This document shows positions 1 through 9,362 of a DNA stretch of 64,000 bases, in pieces (the first letter of the stretch is position 1; each line of letters starts with the position of its first letter). Under the pieces are notes generated by a model. It ran no database searches and had not been told where the DNA came from. It saw nothing but the letters and a program-made list of their open reading frames with translations. Source of the DNA: a virus. Lineage: Duplodnaviria > Caudoviricetes. A program made the position numbers and the translations under genes. The stretch is from IMG/VR virus record IMGVR_UViG_3300013121_000022, positions 1-64,000 of that record. One strand, written 5' to 3'.

Positions 1-20
1 ACGTCTATCGTTCGGACAAA

Positions 21-287
21 ATGGATTGCACCAATGGCGGTTTGTCTTCACAGGCCGACAAGGGAGTTCTGGTCAACATCGACTGCCCGATCTTTGTTGC
101 TTCTGAATCCGCTCCCGCTTATAAGCTTGTGCGTCAAACAATTTTGGGCGTGGAAGTTATGCACCTTGAACCCGTTGAAGCTGCGCCTAGCGGGAAGCGT
201 TATATGTCTGGCGGAAACTTCGCCTATACGTCCGACTCGCGCTGGCCGAGCTTCTACCCACTCAGCATTCATGATCGGATTGAATAA
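21..287 (+). CDS. hypothetical phage protein (may start upstream of the window)
   Basis: Stop overlaps the next start (TAATG at 285-289); first of a tightly packed co-oriented run. Confidence 0.6.
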   Translation: MDCTNGGLSSQADKGVLVNIDCPIFVASESAPAYKLVRQTILGVEVMHLEPVEAAPSGKRYMSGGNFAYTSDSRWPSFYPLSIHDRIE

Positions 288-724
288 TGACATATCGAAT
301 CTCTTACAGACAAGTTGAACAACTGGCAGTCGAGCGCGACTTGGTTCTGATCCCATCCGGTGGCTGGTACGAGGTCTGGAACAAAGAACGCAATCAGAGG
401 CTTGAAAGCGGAACACTGCACGAGTGTCTGACATTCATTCGACTGTATGTTGCGCCCGAAAAAATCCTGACCGATCAACAAATCGACGCGGTATCTAAAT
501 TGCGGGTTGAACTCGATCTCGCCCTCAAACGTGAAAGCAATCTGCGCCGAGCAATCATCGCGGAGTGTCGGCAGTTTGTATTTCCCGACGAAGATCGTCA
601 TCAACTGTGGGAAGCATTGCGATCTAACGCCATAGATCGCGGAATTGATCCAGACAGTGACGCTTTCAAGGCCGAGTACAACCCATTGACTAATTCTGAA
701 AAAGAACCTACAATACCGCTATGA
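287..724 (+). CDS. hypothetical protein
   Basis: Start/stop coupling with both neighbours. Confidence 0.7.
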   Translation: MTYRISYRQVEQLAVERDLVLIPSGGWYEVWNKERNQRLESGTLHECLTFIRLYVAPEKILTDQQIDAVSKLRVELDLALKRESNLRRAIIAECRQFVFPDEDRHQLWEALRSNAIDRGIDPDSDAFKAEYNPLTNSEKEPTIPL

Positions 725-1125
725 AAAAACATCTACTCCTGAAACTGGCCGATCACTTAGAACGTGGTCAACTTGGACACAAGAACTTTGATTACAACGC
801 GATCAATCTAGTTGAACAGGGCATTCCGGCTGAACCCAATGGCTGTGGATCATCGGGATGTGCGCTTGGAGAAATGCCCATTGTTTTCCCCGACGACTGG
901 GAATTTGTCTCTATCGGATCGCACATTCATTCAGTCACGCGCAAAAAAGATGTAAACAGTGAATGGCTGGCGTTATCTGTGGCGCAATACTTTGAAATCA
1001 CTTGCAATCAAGTGGAATACTTGTTTTGTCCAGCGTCAACGATCAACCCATTGTTCGGCAACGCAACACGCCATCAGGTCGCGCAACATATTCGAGATTT
1101 CGTGGAGCGCAATGGACAGATTTGA
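721..1125 (+). CDS. hypothetical phage protein (CGSSGCALG motif)
   Basis: ATGA overlap; Cys motif of a kind seen in small phage proteins. Confidence 0.7.
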   Translation: MKKHLLLKLADHLERGQLGHKNFDYNAINLVEQGIPAEPNGCGSSGCALGEMPIVFPDDWEFVSIGSHIHSVTRKKDVNSEWLALSVAQYFEITCNQVEYLFCPASTINPLFGNATRHQVAQHIRDFVERNGQI

Positions 1126-1348
1126 TCTGCGCCGATCCTGTAGTGAGTGCGGCTCAACCGATTACGTGGGCTGGCGCAAAGCCAACACGTTGTATATTGA
1201 CGACTGGAAAAATTACGTCTGGTTGTGCCAACACTGTTTCGATAACTATTGTCACGACATTCAGGAATTGATGGACGATCTTGACTCAGACATACGAGCT
1301 GGAATTTCAGATGCCTTGCATTATTACTACTCTGGCCGGAGCGGTTAA
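1112..1348 (+). CDS. small zinc-ribbon protein (CSECG...CQHC)
   Basis: Start refined to ATG 1112 after GGAG; two CxxC pairs. Confidence 0.6.
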   Translation: MDRFDLRRSCSECGSTDYVGWRKANTLYIDDWKNYVWLCQHCFDNYCHDIQELMDDLDSDIRAGISDALHYYYSGRSG

Positions 1349-1375
1349 CTGGTCGCCGCCAAAAGGAAACACAAC

Positions 1376-1573
1376 ATGTATTTCGCCTATTTTTTTAACT
1401 ACGAAACCCTAGAAACTTTTGAGTCGCACGATCCGGCTGACAATAAGTATGGTCAAGGTTGGTGTCAGGTGAACGCGACTTGCTTTGATTTGATCTTGCA
1501 GGCCAAAACTCAGTCGACCAACGATCAAGCGGTTCGTCGGGTTTTCAATAATTACTATCGGACACACTCATGA
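1376..1573 (+). CDS. hypothetical protein
   Basis: AAGGA RBS, ATG; overlaps next start. Confidence 0.6.
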   Translation: MYFAYFFNYETLETFESHDPADNKYGQGWCQVNATCFDLILQAKTQSTNDQAVRRVFNNYYRTHS

Positions 1574-1764
1574 ACATTTTCTTACCACTTTCACTGGTCT
1601 GGTTCGCTTTAGGATTTGTGACTGGTTGTACTTTTTCGGTCATTGGAATGTTTTTGATCTTATACTTGATTTACCAAATCGGACACAATGCAAACACAGA
1701 CATCGAAAATACCAAAACCCAACAAACGCCAGAGAGTCTTGACGATCATCCTATCGAACGGTAA
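1570..1764 (+). CDS. small membrane protein
   Basis: Hydrophobic N-terminal half; ATGA overlap. Confidence 0.5.
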   Translation: MNIFLPLSLVWFALGFVTGCTFSVIGMFLILYLIYQIGHNANTDIENTKTQQTPESLDDHPIER

Positions 1765-1954
1765 AAACGTTAGAGTTCGGCGCTGTGTGGATGTCAGCAA
1801 GGCCGATATTCCCGCTGTGGCGCGTTTGAGCATCGAACAGATGATAAATATCCTTGAATCGGTAGAAATCGCGTCAGAAGGGCTACCAGAGGCAGGAACT
1901 GGCATTCCTGAACCGTCCGACAAGCCCAATCAGGCTAAATTTGTTGACTTTTGA
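1688..1954 (+). CDS. hypothetical protein
   Basis: ORF in co-oriented run; overlaps previous ORF. Confidence 0.5.
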   Translation: MQTQTSKIPKPNKRQRVLTIILSNGKNVRVRRCVDVSKADIPAVARLSIEQMINILESVEIASEGLPEAGTGIPEPSDKPNQAKFVDF

Positions 1955-1972
1955 TCTGATTTTGTCTATAAT
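1944..1972 (+). promoter_or_regulatory. sigma70-type promoter, probably leaderless
   Basis: TTGACT-17bp-TATAAT, with 6 nt before ATG 1979. Confidence 0.75.
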
Positions 1973-1978
1973 GGCATT

Positions 1979-2833
1979 ATGAATCCAATCAAAATCTCAA
2001 TCCCCGTTCCGAGCAAACAGGTAATCTTTTGTAATTACTTCAACGGCATTCCCGAAGCGCCGAACGCTCACAGGTCGATTGTCGGAGAGGAAGAAATCAA
2101 CAATTTCGCCGGACGAGTCAATTTGGCGATCTACCAAGCTGGACGTGGAGTTGCTTATGCCCAAACCGGAAATTGCTCACTCGCAATTTGGTTCAACGAC
2201 AACACCGGAGAAGGTCTAGTGGTTGACGCGTTGATCGATGAGGACTTTGACTACAATTACAAATCAAACGATCCCCGCCATTATGCAACGGACGGGTATC
2301 AGCTGTATCAGAAATTAGTGGCCGAAGGATTCGACAAAAAAGGCAATGTGTCATGCGAGATGTGGCGGATTGAAGCTGCCGACTCGCAAACCGAATACAC
2401 CCCTTGCGGCGACACTGTATTACTCCCCGTTGCCGCCAACAACATTAACTTTGAAATCTATGATCGTGGCGGCTCGTTTTTACGCTACCGAGACAGTCGC
2501 GCCTCAATCTCAGCCAATTGTTTTGGTACAGGGCGACAAAATTCATATGCCGAATGGTTTGTTTTTATCGGAATGGCGATCACTCAGTCAAGAACAGGCA
2601 CAACAGATCGAATAGATAATTTTGAAATACTCAGAAATTGTCTGCCCGATGCATATCCCCAAAGCTTTGTGTTTTACACCGGAGAGTTTTCGGATGTCCT
2701 TGATTGGTCTGGCGGAATTTATAACGCCCCGCGCCCCGAAACACATCCACTATTCCAAGAACTCAAACAAGCTCTATTTGACGTTTATCGCGTCAATATA
2801 CACACCACTCAAAATTTAGTCGTTCGACTTTAA
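1979..2833 (+). CDS. hypothetical protein
   Basis: 284 aa ORF behind a consensus promoter. Confidence 0.8.
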   Translation: MNPIKISIPVPSKQVIFCNYFNGIPEAPNAHRSIVGEEEINNFAGRVNLAIYQAGRGVAYAQTGNCSLAIWFNDNTGEGLVVDALIDEDFDYNYKSNDPRHYATDGYQLYQKLVAEGFDKKGNVSCEMWRIEAADSQTEYTPCGDTVLLPVAANNINFEIYDRGGSFLRYRDSRASISANCFGTGRQNSYAEWFVFIGMAITQSRTGTTDRIDNFEILRNCLPDAYPQSFVFYTGEFSDVLDWSGGIYNAPRPETHPLFQELKQALFDVYRVNIHTTQNLVVRL

Positions 2834-2859
2834 TATCATTTGATTGCCATGATTTGTGA

Positions 2860-3264
2860 ATGGAGAAAACCATGACCGCTTTTCTTGAAGTTTGTAATTG
2901 CAACGTCTCTTTGATTATCCTTATCTGCGGAGTCGTCGTTTACTTTGCAACCGGAATTGCAACCGCTGTTGGTTATTTGATCGACCTGCAAAATAGTTTG
3001 CCAATCACAAAAATGCATCAATATCAAAACGACATCAATACCAATGTAGCATGGTATGTGTTGTTTGGTGGCTGTATTGGAACGATACAAGCTATCGTCT
3101 GGTGTGCAAAAACACTGTTGGCTGTCATGTTGTGGTTGGTTTCTTTTATTCCAAGACTGATTGCCAATCGTATCGTATTGATCAAAACACGACACGACCC
3201 CGACATAGTTCGGCGGAAGGAAAACACAATCCATGCAAATGACGACACGACTACGCACTCTTAA
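2860..3264 (+). CDS. membrane protein
   Basis: Two hydrophobic segments. Confidence 0.6.
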   Translation: MEKTMTAFLEVCNCNVSLIILICGVVVYFATGIATAVGYLIDLQNSLPITKMHQYQNDINTNVAWYVLFGGCIGTIQAIVWCAKTLLAVMLWLVSFIPRLIANRIVLIKTRHDPDIVRRKENTIHANDDTTTHS

Positions 3265-3649
3265 AGAAACACAATACGATCTGCGCCGATCTTGTGCCGC
3301 AGATTCATCCCCGCCTGCATCAAACGAAAAAATTCAAACATGCCTGTCGTTAGCAAGCCTAGTGGTCGGCGCAAACATCGTTACCCATCAAGATTTATTG
3401 CGTTGGGCATTTGGAGATCGTGACGTTATCTCGGATGCTAATGCCGATGCATTCATAAAATGGTTGACTGTCAATGGCGGCTCTCGTTTGGATGAGGCCG
3501 CAAACCGGGTCGTTCAATTTACGCCTGCCTTTCAGCGTAGTTTGGACACATTAACCGATCCAGTATTAAAATCGTTTACTTTTAGAGAGAACGGTTTTCG
3601 TGAATTGGCAGAATGGTTTAGGGCTTATCAGGCTGAGGTTGAATCATGA
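3233..3649 (+). CDS. hypothetical protein
   Basis: AAGGA RBS; coupled to next ORF. Confidence 0.6.
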   Translation: MQMTTRLRTLKETQYDLRRSCAADSSPPASNEKIQTCLSLASLVVGANIVTHQDLLRWAFGDRDVISDANADAFIKWLTVNGGSRLDEAANRVVQFTPAFQRSLDTLTDPVLKSFTFRENGFRELAEWFRAYQAEVES

Positions 3650-3852
3650 CTTACGTTTGTCCTTACTGTTTACAAGAGGCGACTCAAACTCAAGATGAAA
3701 CCATCTATATCTGTATTCCGTGTAGACAGGCATTGACAATTTCAGATGATCACGAAACACTGGTTGATTATCAAAAATCGTCAAGTGTCATGTGTGTTTA
3801 CGAGTATAAGCGCCGACATCAAGGCAGTTGGTCGGACAGGGAACAAACATGA
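3646..3852 (+). CDS. small zinc-ribbon protein (CPYC...CIPC)
   Basis: GAGG RBS, ATGA overlaps, CxxC pairs. Confidence 0.6.
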   Translation: MTYVCPYCLQEATQTQDETIYICIPCRQALTISDDHETLVDYQKSSSVMCVYEYKRRHQGSWSDREQT

Positions 3853-4163
3853 CTGATTTACTACACAGCACTTGCCTGAGTTGTCATCAACCGATCTCGT
3901 GGATAGCGAGTATGGAATGGAAGCATGATGATCCATCCATACAGCACCCGGCGCGGCATTGGCCTTTCCGCAGAGAGTATGACGATCTGCGCCGATCCGT
4001 TTATCAGCAGACCAAAAATCAAGCCTTGACATTGTTACAAGGTTTGATAGAATATGAACAAAGTGCTCAGTTTGAAGGAATTGGAACGAATCACGCCGAA
4101 CGCATTGAACTCATTGAGTTTTGCATGACCGGAATTCGACAGATGAAACAAAGCGAACCATGA
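3849..4163 (+). CDS. hypothetical protein
   Basis: Start refined to ATGA overlap at 3849. Confidence 0.6.
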   Translation: MTDLLHSTCLSCHQPISWIASMEWKHDDPSIQHPARHWPFRREYDDLRRSVYQQTKNQALTLLQGLIEYEQSAQFEGIGTNHAERIELIEFCMTGIRQMKQSEP

Positions 4164-4414
4164 ATTATCCATCTCAAGATCGATCTCGCCCTAGACGCTG
4201 GTTATCCTGGCAATACAATCGGTTGGGACGCCGAATGTTTTGGATATGTCATTCATGGGCGAGTTACATTTTTTGGCATACACATTTACACGACAGTCGG
4301 AAAACAATCAGCAAATTTGACAAAGGTCTGCACGAATTGTTGTGGGCAATTATTTGTGGGCACAAAGTGTCTTACGCCTTTTATCTGGCATCGATTTATT
4401 GGAAATCAAAATGA
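4160..4414 (+). CDS. hypothetical protein
   Basis: ATGA overlaps at both ends. Confidence 0.5.
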   Translation: MNYPSQDRSRPRRWLSWQYNRLGRRMFWICHSWASYIFWHTHLHDSRKTISKFDKGLHELLWAIICGHKVSYAFYLASIYWKSK

Positions 4415-4755
4415 CAACCGACATTGATCGTTTGGCAAAAAACTCGTTGTATCTTGACAATATCAGTCGGCGCACTGCTACTCGAAAATTCTCAGAGGAA
4501 TACCGCCGACATCAAACGCCAAGAGTTACCCGTCGATTTGGTAATTGGCCGACAACTTTTATGCCGCCCGATTCTTTTGGTTCAAAAGAATTGATCAAAG
4601 ATATGAAACCCACTACCGACAAAAATCCATTCAATTGGGGATCGCGCCTGACTGGTTCAGATGTTATTGTTTGTGATAAGTGCGGCCAGTCGATTGAGCG
4701 CCGTTTGACTTGGAGTTCAACCCCAAAAGAAAAACGCCATGCCTGTTTACGTTGA
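4411..4755 (+). CDS. hypothetical protein with C-terminal CxxC
   Basis: ATGA overlap at 4411. Confidence 0.5.
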   Translation: MTTDIDRLAKNSLYLDNISRRTATRKFSEEYRRHQTPRVTRRFGNWPTTFMPPDSFGSKELIKDMKPTTDKNPFNWGSRLTGSDVIVCDKCGQSIERRLTWSSTPKEKRHACLR

Positions 4756-5026
4756 TAACCTCTATCAAGAATATCGCGGCATGACAATGTGTCACATGAT
4801 GGCGGACACACAGGCCGAACTTTTGGAAATGGCCGACTCTATCGGCTTGCAACACAAATGGATTCAATGTCCCAATACCATCCGCGAACATTTTGATGTA
4901 TCCCTAAGCAAACGACAAAAGGCTATTGAACTTGGAGCACAACCTATTACTAAACGGGAATTGGTGTCTCGAATGCTTCAAAAAGCCAAATCAGAAGATG
5001 ATCTTCCGTCTCCCAAACGCACATGA
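4739..5026 (+). CDS. DUF4031-family protein
   Basis: MPVYVD...MCHMMADT..EL..MA..IGL...WIQ...EHFDV...KR..AI..GA matches the family pattern. Confidence 0.8.
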   Translation: MPVYVDNLYQEYRGMTMCHMMADTQAELLEMADSIGLQHKWIQCPNTIREHFDVSLSKRQKAIELGAQPITKRELVSRMLQKAKSEDDLPSPKRT

Positions 5027-5292
5027 CTCAGTCTTATCAACTCCCTGATGGAACAACAACCCGAAGTTATACCAAGTTTTATCAAGCATGGAAAGAATTA
5101 GTTGCGCCCATTGAAAAAGCAACGGGTTACAAGCTCCAAAGTTTTGTTCCGATGGTTGTCATGTCCAAAGGCGGACGCGAAGTCGAACTTACGACTTCAT
5201 TCATTCGAGAAATCAACAAACACTTAGTATTTATCAAACACGAAAAAATAAAGGTGAAGCATGAAGGCAAAAGAATACGCCGCAAGGCTTAA
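5023..5292 (+). CDS. hypothetical protein
   Basis: ATGA overlap. Confidence 0.6.
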   Translation: MTQSYQLPDGTTTRSYTKFYQAWKELVAPIEKATGYKLQSFVPMVVMSKGGREVELTTSFIREINKHLVFIKHEKIKVKHEGKRIRRKA

Positions 5293-5578
5293 GGCAGTTC
5301 CTCAAGACCAGTATCACAATGAATTAGTCAACGTCCTCTGCGAACTAATTCAAGAGTCTGGACAAATAGCTATTCAGCGCAAGGTGAGCAACGACGAATC
5401 GGCCTGTGCGGTTTTAGAAGAACAAGATCGCAAGTGGCGAGCTATCGTCAACCGACTGAACGATCCAAACGTAAATCTCAACGGATTCGAGTTGGCCTTT
5501 CATAAGATGGTAAAGAAAGACGGGAAAGAGTCCCTGTACGAGTATTGGATGGATTACAGAAAGCGAGTCCGTGTATGA
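5261..5578 (+). CDS. hypothetical protein
   Basis: AAGGTG RBS; coupled to next ORF. Confidence 0.65.
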   Translation: MKAKEYAARLKAVPQDQYHNELVNVLCELIQESGQIAIQRKVSNDESACAVLEEQDRKWRAIVNRLNDPNVNLNGFELAFHKMVKKDGKESLYEYWMDYRKRVRV

Positions 5579-6054
5579 CCAATGAAGTAGAAGTTCATTC
5601 ATGGATTTTTCCAGACGGTTCGCATGGCCTAGAATGGATCGGTGAAAATTTTAGATTTTTGATTTCTATTAATGACGCCGATCCAAGTTTGTCTCGCTGG
5701 ACAGTTATTCTAGGACAAAACGAAATGTCGGGCGAATTGTCTCAGGAAATGATCAAAGCCTTACAGACAAAACAGACAGAGAGTCCGACACTGCCGCCCT
5801 TTTTCGGTTATGGTCTGAAACTGAATATCACCGATGCGCTGTATGATCCGAAAATGTCAGTCGATTGTCCAATTTGTCATCAGCCTTTGTCTCACCCCGT
5901 AACCACTTTGTCTTATACTCGTCCGAACGATAAATTGTATTATTACTGCCGAATGCATTCCGCCTGTTTTTCGTCCGAAGCAATGGATCAAGTTTATAAC
6001 ATGCTGATTGGAGTACAAAAATATACGCCTTATGAAAACAGTGATTCTGGTTGA
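5575..6054 (+). CDS. hypothetical protein with CPIC...CRMH
   Basis: ATGA overlap at 5575. Confidence 0.6.
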   Translation: MTNEVEVHSWIFPDGSHGLEWIGENFRFLISINDADPSLSRWTVILGQNEMSGELSQEMIKALQTKQTESPTLPPFFGYGLKLNITDALYDPKMSVDCPICHQPLSHPVTTLSYTRPNDKLYYYCRMHSACFSSEAMDQVYNMLIGVQKYTPYENSDSG

Positions 6055-6277
6055 CGTTCCAAACGAACGAAGCAATAACTACTATATAGAAATTCATGAT
6101 GCTGGTAAAAAGTCGGGACATTTAGTTCCAGTAAAGAGTTTGCAAAACTGGATACTTGCTCGACAACCTTGCATTTTTCAATTACATGACAGCATTGACA
6201 TCCGAACAATGGACACAAATATCCAAGAACTTTTACAACGCGATTTGGCCTATGGTCTTGGAGTGGGAAGCGTCTAA
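6032..6277 (+). CDS. hypothetical protein
   Basis: ORF in co-oriented run; start uncertain. Confidence 0.45.
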   Translation: MKTVILVDVPNERSNNYYIEIHDAGKKSGHLVPVKSLQNWILARQPCIFQLHDSIDIRTMDTNIQELLQRDLAYGLGVGSV

Positions 6278-6602
6278 TCGTCTGCCCGATCCGTTTCAAA
6301 CGCAGGTGTACTTTGACGATTTTCCTCCCCGCATTGTATTTAATGTCAAAGTCGTTGTGACGAATCAAGTTCGGGCTTTGGCCGAGACATCCGAAGGACA
6401 ATTTGCAAAAAATTTGACTGACAACGAATTGTCTCAGGCCGCAGAATGGGTTGCCAATTGTGCGGATTGTCTTGGTCAATATAGTCATCTCATCAAGGCC
6501 AAGCGCAAATACAAGACAGAGGGACACGTAGAGTACGAATTACGCCCAAAAGACTATCAGGCGTTTCTAGCGATCTGCGCCGATCTGATAGTAACCAAAT
6601 AA
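6156..6602 (+). CDS. hypothetical protein (start uncertain)
   Basis: 148 aa ORF overlapping the previous one. Confidence 0.55.
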   Translation: MLDNLAFFNYMTALTSEQWTQISKNFYNAIWPMVLEWEASNRLPDPFQTQVYFDDFPPRIVFNVKVVVTNQVRALAETSEGQFAKNLTDNELSQAAEWVANCADCLGQYSHLIKAKRKYKTEGHVEYELRPKDYQAFLAICADLIVTK

Positions 6603-6632
6603 TGATCATTTGTAAAACGAAAGTCGCCAACC

Positions 6633-6995
6633 ATGAGAACAATTTACATTGATTACGATGAAAGTAATTCAAACTATTCCACATCTTACAAGGGAGTAGT
6701 AGTGGAGTTTCGCGGACGCATAGATCGAAAAAAATCCAAGCGATTCTTTTGCGGTGATATAGAGTCCGATCTAAAACAAGCATTAGCCTTCAAGCGCACT
6801 GGCGATGCTGTGGTGTTTAGAAGTTCGGTAGATCATTTCTGTTTTGACTTTGAGGGATTTCATTGGGAGTACACACCCGAAATAGGTGAACACATTGTCC
6901 GAGACTTCAAGATCGATCCAATTCCTGCATTTCAGTCGTTGTGTAAAGCAATCTTGAACATCAAGCGAAAGAATTTATATGGGAACACGAATTAA
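6633..6995 (+). CDS. hypothetical protein
   Basis: 120 aa ORF in run. Confidence 0.65.
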   Translation: MRTIYIDYDESNSNYSTSYKGVVVEFRGRIDRKKSKRFFCGDIESDLKQALAFKRTGDAVVFRSSVDHFCFDFEGFHWEYTPEIGEHIVRDFKIDPIPAFQSLCKAILNIKRKNLYGNTN

Positions 6996-7539
6996 CTTCT
7001 ATGTACTGGCAGGCATTCATGATGCAAAAGTCAACACACAAGGTCGATATGTTGACAGTCGGTTTATTGAGCCAGACAATTATCGGGATGAGTCTTTTTG
7101 GAATCGACCCATAAAAGTTGATCGTCGTGCTCATCCGTTTATCAAGGCCGATCTCAAAAACAAAACGCTGTTCGATAAATTCTATAGCGGTGCTGGTACA
7201 GGATCGAATAGCAATTTGATCGGATACATTATTGACAAAGGCAATAATGGATCGTGGCTAATGTATGCTCTAGCCATTCATTTTGGTAAATCTCGATCTG
7301 GATATGCGATTATAAAAAACCGCCAATGGACTAAAAGTGATGCCTTGCGAACTTCATACTTTCCATTGGCTTATCAGGAACACATCGCTCAGGCCAGAAA
7401 AGAAAACAGACATATTCCATACTTCGACTACATTGAAACAGATGGCGAGTATCGTAATGCGGAATATGTTTTGCAATACGCCGGATGGAATATCAAAAGA
7501 CCAGAATTGAAACTTATGCTGGTATGGGATTGGTCATAA
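6979..7539 (+). CDS. hypothetical protein
   Basis: 186 aa ORF; TAATG coupling to next. Confidence 0.7.
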   Translation: MGTRINFYVLAGIHDAKVNTQGRYVDSRFIEPDNYRDESFWNRPIKVDRRAHPFIKADLKNKTLFDKFYSGAGTGSNSNLIGYIIDKGNNGSWLMYALAIHFGKSRSGYAIIKNRQWTKSDALRTSYFPLAYQEHIAQARKENRHIPYFDYIETDGEYRNAEYVLQYAGWNIKRPELKLMLVWDWS

Positions 7540-7739
7540 TGGGATTTCAACGCGGTAGATCAAAGCGAATCAAATACAAGGCATTGACACTCGGTATCAA
7601 TCCGTCTCTTGTTTGTAAACGCAAACAACATGGATCGATTACAGGCTATTGTGTCTACGATCAAGATAAAATAATCGCCTGTAACTCCAATGCTGAATAT
7701 GCTTGGTACATTGCATATTCAATCCTTCACGCAGATTGA
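7539..7739 (+). CDS. hypothetical protein
   Basis: Start refined to TAATG overlap. Confidence 0.5.
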   Translation: MGFQRGRSKRIKYKALTLGINPSLVCKRKQHGSITGYCVYDQDKIIACNSNAEYAWYIAYSILHAD

Positions 7740-7786
7740 CAGCACAAGGAGTATAATTTTTCACCAACAGGAGAATCTAATATGCT

Positions 7787-7993
7787 ATGATAGCACTTCG
7801 AGTTATGGGATTGGATGTTCCGCCAGAAGCTCAAGACACCGAATCGCAAGAACACGCCAGATGGTTAGAAAGTGTTTTTAATTTTCAGTTTTTTGGCACA
7901 CCAACCAAACATATCGCAATCACATGTGATGTATTTGAACCGGACGGAAGTCTAAGCCCTCACCCAACTAAATACATTGAGTACGAGATATAA
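7787..7993 (+). CDS. hypothetical protein
   Basis: AGGAG upstream; followed by a terminator. Confidence 0.5.
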   Translation: MIALRVMGLDVPPEAQDTESQEHARWLESVFNFQFFGTPTKHIAITCDVFEPDGSLSPHPTKYIEYEI

Positions 7994-8026
7994 TACAGGT
8001 GACGACAAATCACCTGTATTTTATTT
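7992..8026 (+). terminator. intrinsic terminator
   Basis: AATACAGGTGA-7nt-TCACCTGTATT followed by TTATTT. Confidence 0.75.
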
Positions 8027-8035
8027 AAGGATTTT

Positions 8036-9361
8036 ATGCATAACGTACTTCCCGCCCTACAATCTTTTTTAGTTCCGATCAATTCTTTAGTGGGAGCATT
8101 AGTCAATCCACGCACTCATTCAATCGAAAATCTAAAAGACATCAAATCAAGTCTGGAAACATTCGGACAAGATCAATTGATTGTTGTTCGCAAGGCCAAT
8201 AACGAAATCATCAAAGGTAATGGACGCTGGACGGGCATGAAGGAACTTGGCTGGACTGAATGCGCGGCTGTATTTGTGGATGACGACGAACTCAAGGCAA
8301 TGGCAAGAGGTATTGCCGACAATCGATCCAGTGAAACATCTGATTGGGACAACGAACTTTTACTTCGAGAATTAAAGCTTATCGAGCCAACTGATTTTGC
8401 AGACTCGACTGGTTTTAGTTTGGAAGAAATCAAAGCCCTTGCCGAATCGCTTGGACAATCTATAGATCAAAACGAAAAAGGCCGAGCGCCATTTGAGACT
8501 GCCGATGTAAGTGCACTTACCGAAAAATGGAATGTCAAAGTTGGAAAAACATGGAACATTGGTCAACATCGATTGATCTGCGCCGATCCAACCGATCCGC
8601 AGGCGGTAGCCAACGTCATGCGGGATGACAAAGCAAGCATGGTATTTGGTGATTTTCCAGACGATCATGACGCTGAATATATTCAAAGAGTTTTGGCGAA
8701 CATTATTCGTTACTCAATCGATAAATGGACTGGCTATTTATTATGCAACGATCAATATCTTCGTCGGGCAGCTAATGCTTATGCCTTGCGACTCGGACAT
8801 CCCATTGTTTGGATACGCAAGGAAAAAAAGAAAACAGGGGAAGGCTTTTATCAAAAAGGGCATGAATTTATTTACGTTCTAGGAAAAGGATACGGACTTA
8901 AGGAACGCTGGTTTGGATCGACATCCGAATCAGGAACTTGGAACATCAATTCAGTCAAAAGCAAGATAGATCAAATTCCGGTTGAACTCCCTGAACGAGC
9001 AATACGAAATTCAAGTCAAGAAGGCGAAACAGTTTTAGATTTATTTGGAGGCGTCGGCGCAACCATGATGGCCTCACATCTCAATAATCGTAAATGCATC
9101 TCGATTGAATTCGATCTGGCGCATTGCGCGATGATTCTTGAACGCATGAGTCAAATAGTTGAAATTACCGAAGCGGATTATGTGTCTTATCCAATACCAG
9201 ACGCACCGGAACTTTGGCAGACAATCTATTATAATTTAAGCGACTCGCAGGCGCGTATAGTCAATGAGGCTATTAAGCGAGTTTCGCAAACCCTAGACGG
9301 AAACAATCTTGACGCCAGAGCACTTGAACTAATCTGTGCTGACTATCTGGCCGGAAACTAA
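8036..9361 (+). CDS. ParB/Srx-like domain fused to a degenerate N6/N4 DNA methyltransferase
   Basis: NPRTH...SLETFG..Q.IVV...IIKGNGR...IADNR (ParB-like); W.IGQHRLIC.D and VLDLFGGVGAT (MTase); DPPY position reads DFPD. Confidence 0.8.
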   Translation: MHNVLPALQSFLVPINSLVGALVNPRTHSIENLKDIKSSLETFGQDQLIVVRKANNEIIKGNGRWTGMKELGWTECAAVFVDDDELKAMARGIADNRSSETSDWDNELLLRELKLIEPTDFADSTGFSLEEIKALAESLGQSIDQNEKGRAPFETADVSALTEKWNVKVGKTWNIGQHRLICADPTDPQAVANVMRDDKASMVFGDFPDDHDAEYIQRVLANIIRYSIDKWTGYLLCNDQYLRRAANAYALRLGHPIVWIRKEKKKTGEGFYQKGHEFIYVLGKGYGLKERWFGSTSESGTWNINSVKSKIDQIPVELPERAIRNSSQEGETVLDLFGGVGATMMASHLNNRKCISIEFDLAHCAMILERMSQIVEITEADYVSYPIPDAPELWQTIYYNLSDSQARIVNEAIKRVSQTLDGNNLDARALELICADYLAGN

Positions 9362-9362
9362 T

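Noticed and set aside
7736-7757. TTGACA...TATAAT promoter
   Set aside because: Spacer is only 10 bp
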